A stretch of 64,000 nucleotides of DNA, from contig CAYRFI010000010.1 in the NCBI GenBank assembly GCA_964423595.1, positions 738 to 64,737 of the forward strand, given 5' to 3'. Positions 15,507 to 29,209 of the stretch are shown here, piece after piece (position 1 is the first letter of the stretch; every line of letters begins with the position of its first letter). The notes below the pieces were generated by a model. The model did not search any database. It was not told the origin of the DNA and was given only the letters and a program-made list of their open reading frames with translations. The translations under genes were made by a program, and so were the position numbers. Source of the DNA: an uncultured Thermoanaerobaculia bacterium. Lineage in GTDB: Bacteria > Acidobacteriota > Thermoanaerobaculia > Thermoanaerobaculales > Sulfomarinibacteraceae.

Positions 15507-17747
15507 ATGTCCCGGCATCCGGAGGTGCTCAGATTGACCCAGGAGGCCAGATGGACAGGAATCCAACTCGTGGACCGGGCGCCTGTACACCTCTATACTG
15601 TTGCGGTTGTGGATCCAGACAACAACCCCGTGCGGAAGGACGAGTTCTATCTCGGCGACTGGTTGATCCAGCCGAGTCTCGACCGGGTGACTCGGGGTCA
15701 CCGGACCCACACCGTTCCACCTCGTTTCATGGATCTTCTGGTTTGTCTCGCCGAGCAGCGGGGAGCCGTGGTCTCCAAGAGCCAGATTGTCGACAAGGTT
15801 TGGGCCGGCGATGTTGTGACCGACGGGGCCCTCACCCATGCGGTAGCGGTTCTTCGGCAGACGCTCGATGACGATGCCCGCGAACCGCGATACATCGAGA
15901 CGATTCCGAGGAGAGGATACCGCGTGATCGCCACCGTCCGGTCAGCCGACGAACCGCCCGAAGCGGACCCGGGGGAAGTGGCCGCGACGCACGGATGGCG
16001 CGTCCGCATCGCGCTGGTAGCGATCACGGCCGCTCTCGTGACATCGGCGGTCTGGTTCGTGTCAGTGAGAGACCGAGGAACTGCGCAACCGGTCGCAGAT
16101 GCGCCGATCCCGTCAATTATCGTTCTTCCCTTCAAAAACCTCGGTCCACCGGACCAAGAGTACTTCGCCGCCGGGATCACCGAAGAGCTGACCACCCGTC
16201 TGGCAGCGGTACGAGGCCTGACCGTCGTTTCGCAGACCAGTGCGTCGCGATACGCGAATACCGATTCAACCGTGGCCGAGATCGGAGAGGAGCTCGGGGT
16301 CGATTATCTCCTCGAGGGAAGCGTGCGGTGGGCATCGGGAGAGGATGCGGGGGAGAAAGTACGGATCACTCTCCAGCTCATCCGGGTGGAAAACGATCGA
16401 CATATTTGGGCAGAGGTCTACGATCGTGTTCTCGAAGACATCTTCACGCTGCAGTCCGAAATCGCCCAGCAGGTGGTCGAACGACTCAACGTTGAGCTGG
16501 TGGAAGCGGAGCAGCTCGCCCTCCAAGTCAGGCCCACCGCCAGTATCGAGGCGTACCAGGCCTATCTGCACGGCAGAGACTACGCCACCAGAAGAGATAC
16601 CGAACAGGACACGCTGCTCGCCGTAACGATGTTTCAGCGCGCCGTTGACCTCGATCCACAATTCGCTCTCGCCTACGCCGAGCTCGCTCAGGCGCACGCC
16701 CGCATCTACCACTTCGGTTTCGATCGCTCGGACCAGCGGTTGAGGGCTGCGCGGGAAGCTCTGGAAACCGCCCTCGAGCTCGATCCGATGTCGCCGGAGG
16801 TGCGTCTCGCCGCTGGGTACTACCACTACTGGGCCGAAATGAACTTCGAGGCAGCTTTGGAGGACTTTGCGGTTGCCGAAAAGGGACGGCCTTACGACGC
16901 CGAGGTGCTCGAAGGTGTGTCGTACATTCTTCGTCGGCAGGGGAAGCTCGAGGAGGCCCTCGCGAAGATCGAGCGAGCGTATGAGATTAGCCCTCGGGAC
17001 GCACTGATCGCGCTGGAGGTCGGGAATACGCTCCGTGGCCTCCGGCGGTACGACGAGGCCAACCGGCTTTTCGATGACGCGATCATCCTGTCCCCGGACC
17101 TGATGACAGCCTATCTGTGGAAAGCTGAGAATTATTGGCTGTGGAACGGTATGGTCAGCGATGCCGCGCAGACTTTACAAAACATGCCGAGGGTGCCGGT
17201 TTCGTATATGTTCGAGGGTCTGTACCTGCAGCAGATCTACGAGGAGGACTATGCCGGCGCATTCGCTCTGCTCTCCGAAACGGCCCTCGATGCGCACGTC
17301 ACCCAGGAGCGGTACTACCCGAAAGCTCTGCTCGAAGCAGAGGTGCATGCATTCGTGGGAGAGACCGATCAAGCTCGCGAATCATACGAGAAGGCCCGGG
17401 TCGTCCTCGAGAGGCTGGTTGCGGAACAGAAGGATGATGCGCGGTTCCACAGCTCTCTCGGCCTCGCCTATGCGGGGCTCGGTTTGAAGGCGGATGCAGT
17501 CCGGGAGGGACGATTCGCGACCGAGCTCTACCCCGTTTCGATGGACAGCTGGTCGGGAACCGATTTTCGTCGCGAGCTGGCGCGGATCTATGTCATGGTT
17601 GGCGAAAATAATCTGGCTCTCGACGAAATCGAGTTTCTGCTGGCCACTCCGAACCGATGGACATCGGTCGCACTGTTCCGTCTCGATCCGAGGTGGAATG
17701 CTCTCCGAGACAACCCGCGGTTCGAACGGCTCCTGAACGAGCGATAG
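15507..17747 (+). CDS. winged-helix (OmpR/CadC-type) DNA-binding protein with TM segment and C-terminal TPR domain
   Basis: wHTH ends with the typical YIETIPRRGYR. TM segment IALVAITAALVTSAVWFV. A TolB-N-like segment (IIVLPFKNLG) is followed by many TPR-like helices. Start uncertain (ATG 15507 vs TTG 15495). Confidence 0.85.
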   Translation: MSRHPEVLRLTQEARWTGIQLVDRAPVHLYTVAVVDPDNNPVRKDEFYLGDWLIQPSLDRVTRGHRTHTVPPRFMDLLVCLAEQRGAVVSKSQIVDKVWAGDVVTDGALTHAVAVLRQTLDDDAREPRYIETIPRRGYRVIATVRSADEPPEADPGEVAATHGWRVRIALVAITAALVTSAVWFVSVRDRGTAQPVADAPIPSIIVLPFKNLGPPDQEYFAAGITEELTTRLAAVRGLTVVSQTSASRYANTDSTVAEIGEELGVDYLLEGSVRWASGEDAGEKVRITLQLIRVENDRHIWAEVYDRVLEDIFTLQSEIAQQVVERLNVELVEAEQLALQVRPTASIEAYQAYLHGRDYATRRDTEQDTLLAVTMFQRAVDLDPQFALAYAELAQAHARIYHFGFDRSDQRLRAAREALETALELDPMSPEVRLAAGYYHYWAEMNFEAALEDFAVAEKGRPYDAEVLEGVSYILRRQGKLEEALAKIERAYEISPRDALIALEVGNTLRGLRRYDEANRLFDDAIILSPDLMTAYLWKAENYWLWNGMVSDAAQTLQNMPRVPVSYMFEGLYLQQIYEEDYAGAFALLSETALDAHVTQERYYPKALLEAEVHAFVGETDQARESYEKARVVLERLVAEQKDDARFHSSLGLAYAGLGLKADAVREGRFATELYPVSMDSWSGTDFRRELARIYVMVGENNLALDEIEFLLATPNRWTSVALFRLDPRWNALRDNPRFERLLNER

Positions 17748-17784
17748 CCGCCTGCGCGACGAAACCTGGTGAGACATGCGGGTG
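17746..17784 (+). repeat. foldback repeat, right-terminus fragment D
   Basis: GCGCGACGAAACCTGGTGAGACATGCGGGTGA matches the right arm/terminus of A and G (CTCGCGA[CT]GAAACCCGGTGAGATATGCGGGCTA). It starts at the stop codon of the upstream gene. Confidence 0.75.
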
Positions 17785-17993
17785 AGCACGCGGCAACCCT
17801 CGATTTTCAGCAGCTGTTCAAATCCATACGCGGTAACCACGGGGAAAAATCACACTCGTCACGGGCATATGTCATGACAGCGGTCTCAGAACGCCCGATA
17901 TTGAGAGATCAGAGCAGCAATGTTCCAGGAAACAAGAGCCGAACGAGCCGGTCATCCGCATCCGAACAGTTTCGGGGAATAGGGAGGGAGTGT

Positions 17994-20687
17994 ATGAAGA
18001 GATCGATTCTGATTGTCTGTTTGTTGTTGTTGACGTCGACGGCCATGGCCCAGACCCAGTACGGAACGATGTCCGGCCTGGTGGTCGATAGCACCGACGC
18101 TGCGCTCCCGGGTGTCACCGTGAGACTTGAAGGCCCCGACATGCAGGGCACCCGAGGAACTGTCACCGATGCGCGGGGCTTTTTTCGTTTTGTGCCGGTC
18201 CCACCTGGCAAAAACTACAAAGCGACATTTAATTTGTCAGGATTCAAGACGCTCGAAGTGTCCGGTCTCGTCGTCGAAATCGACACCGACACGCCCGTCA
18301 ATATCACGATGGAGATGGCGGAGTTTGCCGCCGCAATCGAGGTTGTCGCTGACAGCGTCGTGGTCGATACGACCAAGACCCTGGTCGACACGAATGTGAA
18401 CTTTGACCTCTTCGACACCTTGCCGAACAATCGCACCTACAGCTCGATTATCGCGGCATCCGCGGGAACCCGGCCCGGTAACAACGTATACATCAGCGGC
18501 GGATCTGATGACTCCAATGTCTACCTCGTTGATGGGGTCGACACCACCGACCCGATCTGGTTGACCTGGGGGACCCAGCTCAACATCGACATTATCGACG
18601 AGATTGCAGTTCAGCGAGCCGGCTACTCGGCCGAGTACGGGCGGTCGAGCGGCGGCGTCATCAACATGCTGACCAAATCGGGCGGCAACGATTTCTCCGT
18701 CCTGGCTCGTGTCGTCATCGCAAACAGTAATTGGTCATCCGACTGGGGAATCGACTCCGAGACGGGTAGGGAGAAGGCCGGCGCCGCCCGCATCGATGAG
18801 ATTCGCCCGAGCGTCGCGGTCGGCGGCCCCATTCTCAAAGACCGCCTGTGGTTTTTCGCTTCGTACGAAAACCGCGATATGACCCGCGACTACAGCTACA
18901 ACGCCTCCAACGAAGATCGCATCAACGGCGTCCTCAGCACCGGAGAGTTCTATTACAAGGGGCACTTCCTCTCCGCGAAGCTGACCGGGCAGATCAACGA
19001 CAGCAACAGGCTCATCGCTTTTTACAACGAAGACCCGATAGATTTCTCGCCGCTCTATGCCGGGAGCAGAGGCGCTCCGAATTGGCACCCGGATGCCGAG
19101 CGAAAGCAGTACCAGAAGTCCGAGGCCTTCTCACTGCAGTGGCAATCGACGTTGAGCGATACCTGGTTCCTCGAAGCGAAGTACCAGGATTACAACTTTC
19201 AGATTGACTTCCTGCCCGATGGTGTGCCGTGGACTGAGGGTATCCCATATGTCTACGATCAGGGTTCCGGCTATAACTACGGTTCGCCGCCGTGGGCCTG
19301 GTACACCAACCGACCACGTCAGGGTGTGAGCGCAGCGGCGACGCACTTCATCGATACTAACAGCGGTTCCCACGAGCTGAAGTTCGGATTTGACTGGACC
19401 GATATGAAACCTGAGGCAGGTGGGTATCGGAACACCAACGGATGGTATCGGGTCAACGGAGACGTGCCGATCCGGTACGATGTCTGGTACGACCAGACTG
19501 GTCCGAGACCATTCAGGCAGGACTACCGGGCGATTTACCTCCAGGACCAATGGCGCATCGGCAATGCCACCTTGAATGTCGGCCTCCGCGCCGAGGCGAC
19601 CGAGCTCTTCAACGCTGCCGACGATTCACTGATGAGCTTCGGCTTCGGCGACCAGATCGCCCCCCGGCTCGGCTTCGCCTATGACCTCAAGGGAGACTCG
19701 ATCCACGCCTCGCTCGGCCGTTTCTATGTCCTGCCGGGGAATTACGTCGCCCAGTACTTTGATGAGATCCCCACCGTCCAGGAGCGATATGTGTGGAACG
19801 ACACCTGCGCGACCAGCGGGGGGAATGTGTGGGATTACCCGGATTCATGTTGGGACTTTGCCTGGGACTGGCAGCCGGGCGTTTCGGCCACCATGGATCC
19901 CAACCTCGACCCGATCTACATGGACGAGTTCACCGCCGGCTACTCGACGAGAATCGGCAAACAGGTGTCTGCGGACGTCACCTTCGTCTGGCGTGAGCAG
20001 CCGAACACCATCGACTTCTACGATCCGAACGGGACATATTTGTACCTCATCACCAATGTTCCCGATGCCGCCGCAGACATCCCCGACGTCGGAGCCGAGC
20101 TCGCGAGCAAGCCGTACTGGGAGTACCAGGCCCTGCAGTTCGAGTTCCAGAAACGGTTCGGGCCGGACCGATTCCAGTTCATCGCCAACTACACCTACGT
20201 CATCAAATCGAACGCTTGGGACACCGGCGATCAGCGTAACAAGTTTGCCTACGTGTTCTGGGCGCCCGAAACCGTGGACCCGCAACGCTTCGGCAGGCAG
20301 GAGGGCACTCATTACGCCAAGTTCAACGGCTCGTACGCCTTCAACTGGCGCATGATCCTCGGGCTGTCCACCTATTGGAGATCCGGAAACCGCTACACGC
20401 CGGTGTCGTGGAAGTGGCCGGACGGTTCGTGGACCTGGTACACCACCGTGTTTACGGACGACCGCGGGTCCCTTGATGTCGGCAGCAACTGGGAGGCCGA
20501 TCTGTATCTCGAGCAGCCCCTCAGAATCGGGCCCGTAGACGTTTCCGTGTACGCGAACGTGTTCAATATATTCAACAATCAGCAGCCTCTTTGGCGCGAA
20601 AACAACATCGACTACGACACCTTTGGCGAGCCGTACGCCTGGCAGGCGCCACGACAGTGGCAGCTGGGCTTCAAGCTCACGTATTAA
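17994..20687 (+). CDS. TonB-dependent receptor-like outer-membrane protein with N-terminal carboxypeptidase-regulatory-like domain
   Basis: ATG at 17994 follows AGGGAGGGAG. Signal peptide MKRSILIVCLLLLTSTAMAQ. CarboxypepD_reg-like region GLVVDSTDAALPGVTV...DARGFFRF. Plug-like region YLVDGVD...GGVINMLTKSG. C-terminal aromatic residue. Confidence 0.85.
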   Translation: MKRSILIVCLLLLTSTAMAQTQYGTMSGLVVDSTDAALPGVTVRLEGPDMQGTRGTVTDARGFFRFVPVPPGKNYKATFNLSGFKTLEVSGLVVEIDTDTPVNITMEMAEFAAAIEVVADSVVVDTTKTLVDTNVNFDLFDTLPNNRTYSSIIAASAGTRPGNNVYISGGSDDSNVYLVDGVDTTDPIWLTWGTQLNIDIIDEIAVQRAGYSAEYGRSSGGVINMLTKSGGNDFSVLARVVIANSNWSSDWGIDSETGREKAGAARIDEIRPSVAVGGPILKDRLWFFASYENRDMTRDYSYNASNEDRINGVLSTGEFYYKGHFLSAKLTGQINDSNRLIAFYNEDPIDFSPLYAGSRGAPNWHPDAERKQYQKSEAFSLQWQSTLSDTWFLEAKYQDYNFQIDFLPDGVPWTEGIPYVYDQGSGYNYGSPPWAWYTNRPRQGVSAAATHFIDTNSGSHELKFGFDWTDMKPEAGGYRNTNGWYRVNGDVPIRYDVWYDQTGPRPFRQDYRAIYLQDQWRIGNATLNVGLRAEATELFNAADDSLMSFGFGDQIAPRLGFAYDLKGDSIHASLGRFYVLPGNYVAQYFDEIPTVQERYVWNDTCATSGGNVWDYPDSCWDFAWDWQPGVSATMDPNLDPIYMDEFTAGYSTRIGKQVSADVTFVWREQPNTIDFYDPNGTYLYLITNVPDAAADIPDVGAELASKPYWEYQALQFEFQKRFGPDRFQFIANYTYVIKSNAWDTGDQRNKFAYVFWAPETVDPQRFGRQEGTHYAKFNGSYAFNWRMILGLSTYWRSGNRYTPVSWKWPDGSWTWYTTVFTDDRGSLDVGSNWEADLYLEQPLRIGPVDVSVYANVFNIFNNQQPLWRENNIDYDTFGEPYAWQAPRQWQLGFKLTY

Positions 20688-20867
20688 TCAGCCCCTCGGC
20701 TGACGAGGGGCTCATCGAGCGTATGGTTCTCCGGGCTTCGGCCCGGGGAACCGCCGAACCAGCGGCCGACAGCGGCATAAGAAACACCGAGCCCGAAACC
20801 CGCGGCGCCGACATCGCATCGCGCGACGGGAAGCGTGCGCCTGGAAAAGGAGAGGTTGATCACCGTG

Positions 20868-24170
<3,303 letters not shown>

Positions 24171-24193
24171 CCATCCTATAGAATGAGGGCGCC

Positions 24194-26662
24194 ATGACCG
24201 GATCACGCACCCGCGCACTGTATGCACTTGTCGGGTTTTTCGCGGTTGTCGTATTGGGCGGCGCTCTCAGCTTGGTGCCGCCGCAGAACGACCATGCAGT
24301 TGTCGAGGTGTCGCGCTTCGGCTCGAAGGTTCGGCTCCTCCCGGACGAGCTCGCGTTTTCGTTTTTACCGCTCGCCGAGAGGATAGAGATTCCACGACGT
24401 GATGGCCTGGTGTTTTTCGAGGCACGGTTGTCGTTCCCGCAAACGGGCGGGTCTTCAATCGACGCCGATCTTCGGTTCTCGGTCTCCGGCAACGGTGTCC
24501 TTCCGATTGATGCTTCAACCATCCGCAGCCGAGGTCTCGAGAACGCGTTCGGCGAATGGATCCTTGAATCGGTTGGTCCAACCCTCGACGCACGAAAGCT
24601 AGTCGGCACCTCCGAGCTCTGGCAGGCGATCTTCCCAAACGACGCAAAGCTATCAATTCCTGATCTCAGAACGATCGTCAACGAAAACCTGCCCGAGCTC
24701 GAGGTCCGAGATGTGGAGCTTCGACCCCCAACGAACCTCGAAGGCGTGCGAGCTTTGGCTCGCGCCGAGGTCGCCCGGCGGACGAGGGGAGGCGGACGGC
24801 TGATCGTGCTCGGTCTCGACGCCTTGGATTGGAGACTGGTCGACGAGCTGATCGCGCGAGGTCTGATGCCCACCATGGCAGATCTCGTTTCCACCGGTGC
24901 CCACGCGGTGCTCGACGTGCCGCCGCCGCTGATCTCGCCCGTGGTCTGGACTACTATCGCGACCGGAGTGACGCCGGATGTCCACGGCGTCCTCGACTTC
25001 CTCGAGCCCAATCCCGAGAACGGTCAGCCCCGGCCGGTCGGCACCGCATCGCGCAAGGCGGCCGCGGTGTGGGAAATGACCGCAGCGGCCGGGCGCACGA
25101 CCTCTGTCATCGGCTGGTGGGCGACGTTTCCGGCACAGGCCCCATTCGGTTGCACGGTTTACTCCGACCGCCTCACCGAACAACTGCTCGGCCTCGAGGC
25201 GGACGCGCCCGGTGTCGCGGCGCCACCGGAAGCCGCCATCGCGGTCAGGCCCTTTGTGCTGCGTGGCAGCGACATGACCGCAGCGATGCTGGCGCCGTTC
25301 GCCCAGGTGTCCGAGACCGAGCTCGAGGCGCAGCGGCAAGGTCGCGAGTCATTTGGCGACCTGGTGAGTGGGCTCGCCACGCTTGTGGCTGCAACGATCA
25401 CAGTCGAACGTCTCACCGAACACGAGCTGGGGCGCGGCACAGAGGTCGTCCTCTCCTACCTCGAGGGGACCGATACGGTGGGCCATCTTTTCGCTCCACA
25501 CCGGCCGCCATCGCAAGCGGATGTGCCGGCGGATGAAGCACGACGATTCGGTCGGGTCGTTGACCGCTACTACGCCCACGTCGACGGCTGGCTGGCGCGA
25601 GTCGTGGCCGAGATGAACGACGATGACACCTTGGTGATCGTCTCCGACCATGGTTTCAAATGGGGCAGGGACCGCCCGCCGGTCGCCGCCGGCGTCCACA
25701 CCCCAACTGCAGCGTGGTGGCATCGACCCGAGGGCGCGTTTCTCGTGGTCGGTCCCGGAATCCCGCACACGCCGCGCCGCCAACATCTCGGGGTCATTGA
25801 TGTCGCTCCGACCGTGCTTGCCCTCGCGGGCCTGCCGCCCGCGGTGGAAATGCCGGGTTCCGTGCCGAGCTGGCTCATGAGCCCTGACGGATCGCGCGTC
25901 ACACCCACTGAAGGAAGGGTGAATTACGCCTCTCTATTGCCGCGAAAGGCCCCACCCAAAATCGACCTGCCTCAGGAGGCGAAGGACGAGGAGTTGGCCA
26001 AACTTCGCGCTTTGGGCTATGTGGCGTCGGACGGGCCGGCACGGGTGACGGATCGGCCTTCCACGCCGGTACCGAACCGTCCGGTTGTAGATCGGGCTGA
26101 AGCGCGGAGGTTGACCAACCGCGGAACATCTCAGGTCGCCACAGGCGAACGTGCACAGGCTGAAACGACCTTTCGGCAGGCGATTGCCGCGGATCCGAAC
26201 TACGCGGCGCCCTATTACAACCTGTCCCTGATGTATCGGAAGGACGGCCGCTTGGACGCGGCGGACGAGGAATTCTGGAAGGCGATCGAGCTCGGGGTGG
26301 CCGACCGTGAAATGGCGGTGGTGCGCCTCGCCCTCGATTATCGCGAGCGAGGCGAAAGCGACCGGGCGGTGCAGGTCTTCAACGAAGGCCTGAAGCGGCT
26401 GCCGAGGAGCGCAATCATCTGGCTCAACACCGGCGTCTTCCTCGGTGAGCTCGGCAGGTTCGCCGAGTCGCGGCGCTGTCTCGAGCGGGCCGTCAAGCTG
26501 GAGCCGGACAACCCCAGGGCCTTCGCCAACCTGGCGGCCGCCTGTCTCGAGCTCGGTGATCGGGCCGGAGCTCGACGTGCGCTCGCCGAAGCGGTGCGGC
26601 TCGATCCCGACAACGAGCAGCTGCGGGCCGAGCTGAAACGGCTGGGCGGTCCGGTCGAATGA
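24194..26662 (+). CDS. alkaline-phosphatase-superfamily (type I phosphodiesterase/nucleotide pyrophosphatase-like) protein with C-terminal TPR module
   Basis: LIVLGLDALDW...TIATGVTPDVHGV, GTDTVGH and VSDHGF are metal-site motifs of the NPP/AlkP fold. The last ~185 aa are TPR repeats. Confidence 0.85.
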   Translation: MTGSRTRALYALVGFFAVVVLGGALSLVPPQNDHAVVEVSRFGSKVRLLPDELAFSFLPLAERIEIPRRDGLVFFEARLSFPQTGGSSIDADLRFSVSGNGVLPIDASTIRSRGLENAFGEWILESVGPTLDARKLVGTSELWQAIFPNDAKLSIPDLRTIVNENLPELEVRDVELRPPTNLEGVRALARAEVARRTRGGGRLIVLGLDALDWRLVDELIARGLMPTMADLVSTGAHAVLDVPPPLISPVVWTTIATGVTPDVHGVLDFLEPNPENGQPRPVGTASRKAAAVWEMTAAAGRTTSVIGWWATFPAQAPFGCTVYSDRLTEQLLGLEADAPGVAAPPEAAIAVRPFVLRGSDMTAAMLAPFAQVSETELEAQRQGRESFGDLVSGLATLVAATITVERLTEHELGRGTEVVLSYLEGTDTVGHLFAPHRPPSQADVPADEARRFGRVVDRYYAHVDGWLARVVAEMNDDDTLVIVSDHGFKWGRDRPPVAAGVHTPTAAWWHRPEGAFLVVGPGIPHTPRRQHLGVIDVAPTVLALAGLPPAVEMPGSVPSWLMSPDGSRVTPTEGRVNYASLLPRKAPPKIDLPQEAKDEELAKLRALGYVASDGPARVTDRPSTPVPNRPVVDRAEARRLTNRGTSQVATGERAQAETTFRQAIAADPNYAAPYYNLSLMYRKDGRLDAADEEFWKAIELGVADREMAVVRLALDYRERGESDRAVQVFNEGLKRLPRSAIIWLNTGVFLGELGRFAESRRCLERAVKLEPDNPRAFANLAAACLELGDRAGARRALAEAVRLDPDNEQLRAELKRLGGPVE

Positions 26663-26720
26663 TGATGACGTCACCCCTCCAGACGGCGGCCGGACTCAAC
26701 TCGACAAGGGACGCCACCAC

Positions 26721-27542
26721 ATGAGCCGTCGATTCGTCTTCTTCAGTGCCGGGGCGATCGTCGTGGCCTTGGTGGCGATCTGGTCCCTTGTGTCGCACAA
26801 CATCGAACATCTGCATGAGCCGGCGAGCGAAGAGTTGGTGCCGACGCCCACATTCGAGCTTCCTACGGGCAACGGGGACCTCGCACTGACCGAAATGCGC
26901 GATCTCGGTTACATCGTCGATGAGGCGTCGGATTTCCTCGTCGAGACGCCAACCACCGGCTCGGGCCGTGACCGCGTTGCGGCACGACGCCTTCAAAACC
27001 TCGGCGCGAGCCTCGCCGGCGCCGGTGATCTCGTGGCTGCGGAGGAGGCATTCCGGGGCGCGATCGCCGCCGATCCGACGTATAGACCACCCCATTACGC
27101 TCTTTCCAAGCTGCTTCGCCTCACCGATCGGTTCGACGAGGCTGATCGTGAGTTCTGGATATCGGTGGACATCGGTGTCGGAGAGCCTGCCTCTTCCATC
27201 GTGAAGGTGGCTACGGAGTATAGGAATCGGGGCGAGCTCGAGCGGGCCGGCAGAATCCTCGACGAGGGCCGCCGCCGGTATCCGGATAGCGGCGACATCT
27301 GGCTGCACTTCGGAGCTTTTTTCGGCGAGATCGGTGACTACGAAAAGGCTGTCCGCTGTCTTCAGCGCGCCATTTCGCTCGTTCCTGATGATCCCCTGGC
27401 ATACCGCAATCTGGCTGCCGCCCGGGTCGCGCTTGGCGACCGAGACGGGGCTCGTCGTACGCTGACCGAAGGGTTGCGACGCGACCCGAAAAACGAGGAG
27501 ATAGAACGTATGCTCGCCGAGCTTGGAGAATCTGAGCAATAG
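26721..27542 (+). CDS. membrane-anchored TPR-repeat protein (paralogue of the TPR tail of the upstream gene)
   Basis: N-terminal TM FVFFSAGAIVVALVAIWSLV. The C-terminal ~185 aa align colinearly with residues ~637-820 of the 24194..26662 product. Confidence 0.8.
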   Translation: MSRRFVFFSAGAIVVALVAIWSLVSHNIEHLHEPASEELVPTPTFELPTGNGDLALTEMRDLGYIVDEASDFLVETPTTGSGRDRVAARRLQNLGASLAGAGDLVAAEEAFRGAIAADPTYRPPHYALSKLLRLTDRFDEADREFWISVDIGVGEPASSIVKVATEYRNRGELERAGRILDEGRRRYPDSGDIWLHFGAFFGEIGDYEKAVRCLQRAISLVPDDPLAYRNLAAARVALGDRDGARRTLTEGLRRDPKNEEIERMLAELGESEQ

Positions 27543-27619
27543 GGGGCAGTGTTCGTGAAGCGCCAAGGCGGGTAAGCCGCCCGCCCGGCGACGTTGGGCT
27601 TCAAGACAGGGAGGGTGCA

Positions 27620-29209
27620 ATGGTCCAGACGCGGAGAATGGCTGCGGGTCTGATCGTCATCGTGCTGAGCTTCGCTCAGGCCGGCCTGACTCAGTCCACT
27701 CAAGGGGTGGCGAGGCGGGAGGTCAAAAAGCCGTTTGACGTGGTCGAGGCTTCGATTGCGGACATCCACGAGGCCATGCGCGAGGGAAGGCTGACGTCGC
27801 GACAGCTGGTGCAGCTCTATATCGACCGAATCGAGGCCTACGACAAGCAGGGGCCCGCCCTCAATGCCATCATCGTGGTCAACCCCAATGCCCTCAGGCG
27901 CGCGCAGGAACTCGATGAGGTCTTTGCCGAGACCGGGATGGTCGGGCCGTTGCATGGCATTCCGGTCATCGTCAAGGACAACTACGACACGGCCGATCTG
28001 CCCACAAGCGGAGGTTCCCTCTCTCTTCGGGAATCGACACCGCCGGACGACGCTTTCCAGGTACGCAAACTCCGCGAGGCAGGCGCCATCGTGCTCGCCA
28101 AGGCCAACATGGCCGAGTTTGCGTTTTCCCCGTATGAAACTGTGGGTTCTGCGCTGCCCGGACACACCCGAAACCCGTATGCCCTCAACCGGGTCCCGGC
28201 CGGCTCGAGTGGTGGAACCGCGGCTGCGGTCGCGGCGAGCTTCGGCACCGTGGGCCTCGGCACCGATACCGGCAACTCGATTCGGGGCCCCTCCTCTCAC
28301 ACCGCGCTGGTCGGGATTCGATCGACTATGGGGCTGACGAGCCGCGACGGCATCATCCCGCTTTATCTCGACCATGACATTGGAGGACCGATCGCTCGCA
28401 CGGTGGCCGATGGAGTGGCCGTTTTTGACGTCATCGTTGGTTTTGACGAAACGGATCCAGTCACCGCCGACAGCGTCGACCACCGGGCGACAAGCTACCT
28501 TGGGTATCTCGACATCAACGCGCTGCGCGGGGCGCGGCTCGGCGTGATGCGTCAGTGGTCGAACCGTGAAGGTGCTGACGCCGAGGTCCTCGAGCGATTC
28601 GACGAAGCTCTGAAAGATCTCGAACGGGCCGGAGCCGTCCTTGTCGACCCGGCGACGATTCCCGAAATGGACGCCCTTCGAGAGGACGGCCTCTGGTGCC
28701 CGCGCTTCAAATGGGATCTCAACCACTACCTGAAGAGCCTCGGCCCAAATGCGCCCTATTCGAGTCTCGAAGAGATCCTTGCCTCGGGCCAGTTCCATCC
28801 GCATATCCGCCCACGAATGGAGTACGCGCAGGCGGTCGAAGATCCTCCGGGCAGCAACCCGGCCTGCCTGCGCTCGCTTGAAAACCGTGAGCTGCTGCGC
28901 CGGGCGGTTCAACACCAGCTTGATGCGAACCGCCTCGACGCCATGATCTTCCCCACCTGGAGCAATCCGCCACGTCTCATCGGCGATCTCAATACGCCCC
29001 ACGGTGACAACAGCCAGGACCTGTCTCCCGGTACTGGGTTCCCGGCGATAACGGTTCCGATGGGCTTCGTTCGGGGGAGCCTGCCGGTCGGTCTGCAGTT
29101 CTTCGGCGACGCCTGGTCCGAGCCGCGTCTCATCGCCCTCGCTTACGCCTACGAGCAGGCCATCCATCATCGCCGGCCGCCGATGACAACGCCACCGCTC
29201 GGCCACTGA
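27620..29209 (+). CDS. amidase (amidase-signature family), secreted
   Basis: ATG follows GGGAGGG. Signal peptide. AS-family Gly/Ser-rich signature GGSSGG-like (PAGSSGGTAAAVAA) and GTDTGNSIR. Confidence 0.9.
   Translation: MVQTRRMAAGLIVIVLSFAQAGLTQSTQGVARREVKKPFDVVEASIADIHEAMREGRLTSRQLVQLYIDRIEAYDKQGPALNAIIVVNPNALRRAQELDEVFAETGMVGPLHGIPVIVKDNYDTADLPTSGGSLSLRESTPPDDAFQVRKLREAGAIVLAKANMAEFAFSPYETVGSALPGHTRNPYALNRVPAGSSGGTAAAVAASFGTVGLGTDTGNSIRGPSSHTALVGIRSTMGLTSRDGIIPLYLDHDIGGPIARTVADGVAVFDVIVGFDETDPVTADSVDHRATSYLGYLDINALRGARLGVMRQWSNREGADAEVLERFDEALKDLERAGAVLVDPATIPEMDALREDGLWCPRFKWDLNHYLKSLGPNAPYSSLEEILASGQFHPHIRPRMEYAQAVEDPPGSNPACLRSLENRELLRRAVQHQLDANRLDAMIFPTWSNPPRLIGDLNTPHGDNSQDLSPGTGFPAITVPMGFVRGSLPVGLQFFGDAWSEPRLIALAYAYEQAIHHRRPPMTTPPLGH

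Noticed and set aside
24194-26662. Alkaline-phosphatase-fold protein as a PglZ/BREX-type defence component.
   Set aside because: The motifs (GLD..DW, TG..P..HG, GTDTVGH, SDHGF) fit the NPP/type I phosphodiesterase family. No methyltransferase, ATPase, Lon-like or other BREX/defence genes are adjacent. The neighbours are TPR proteins and hydrolases.
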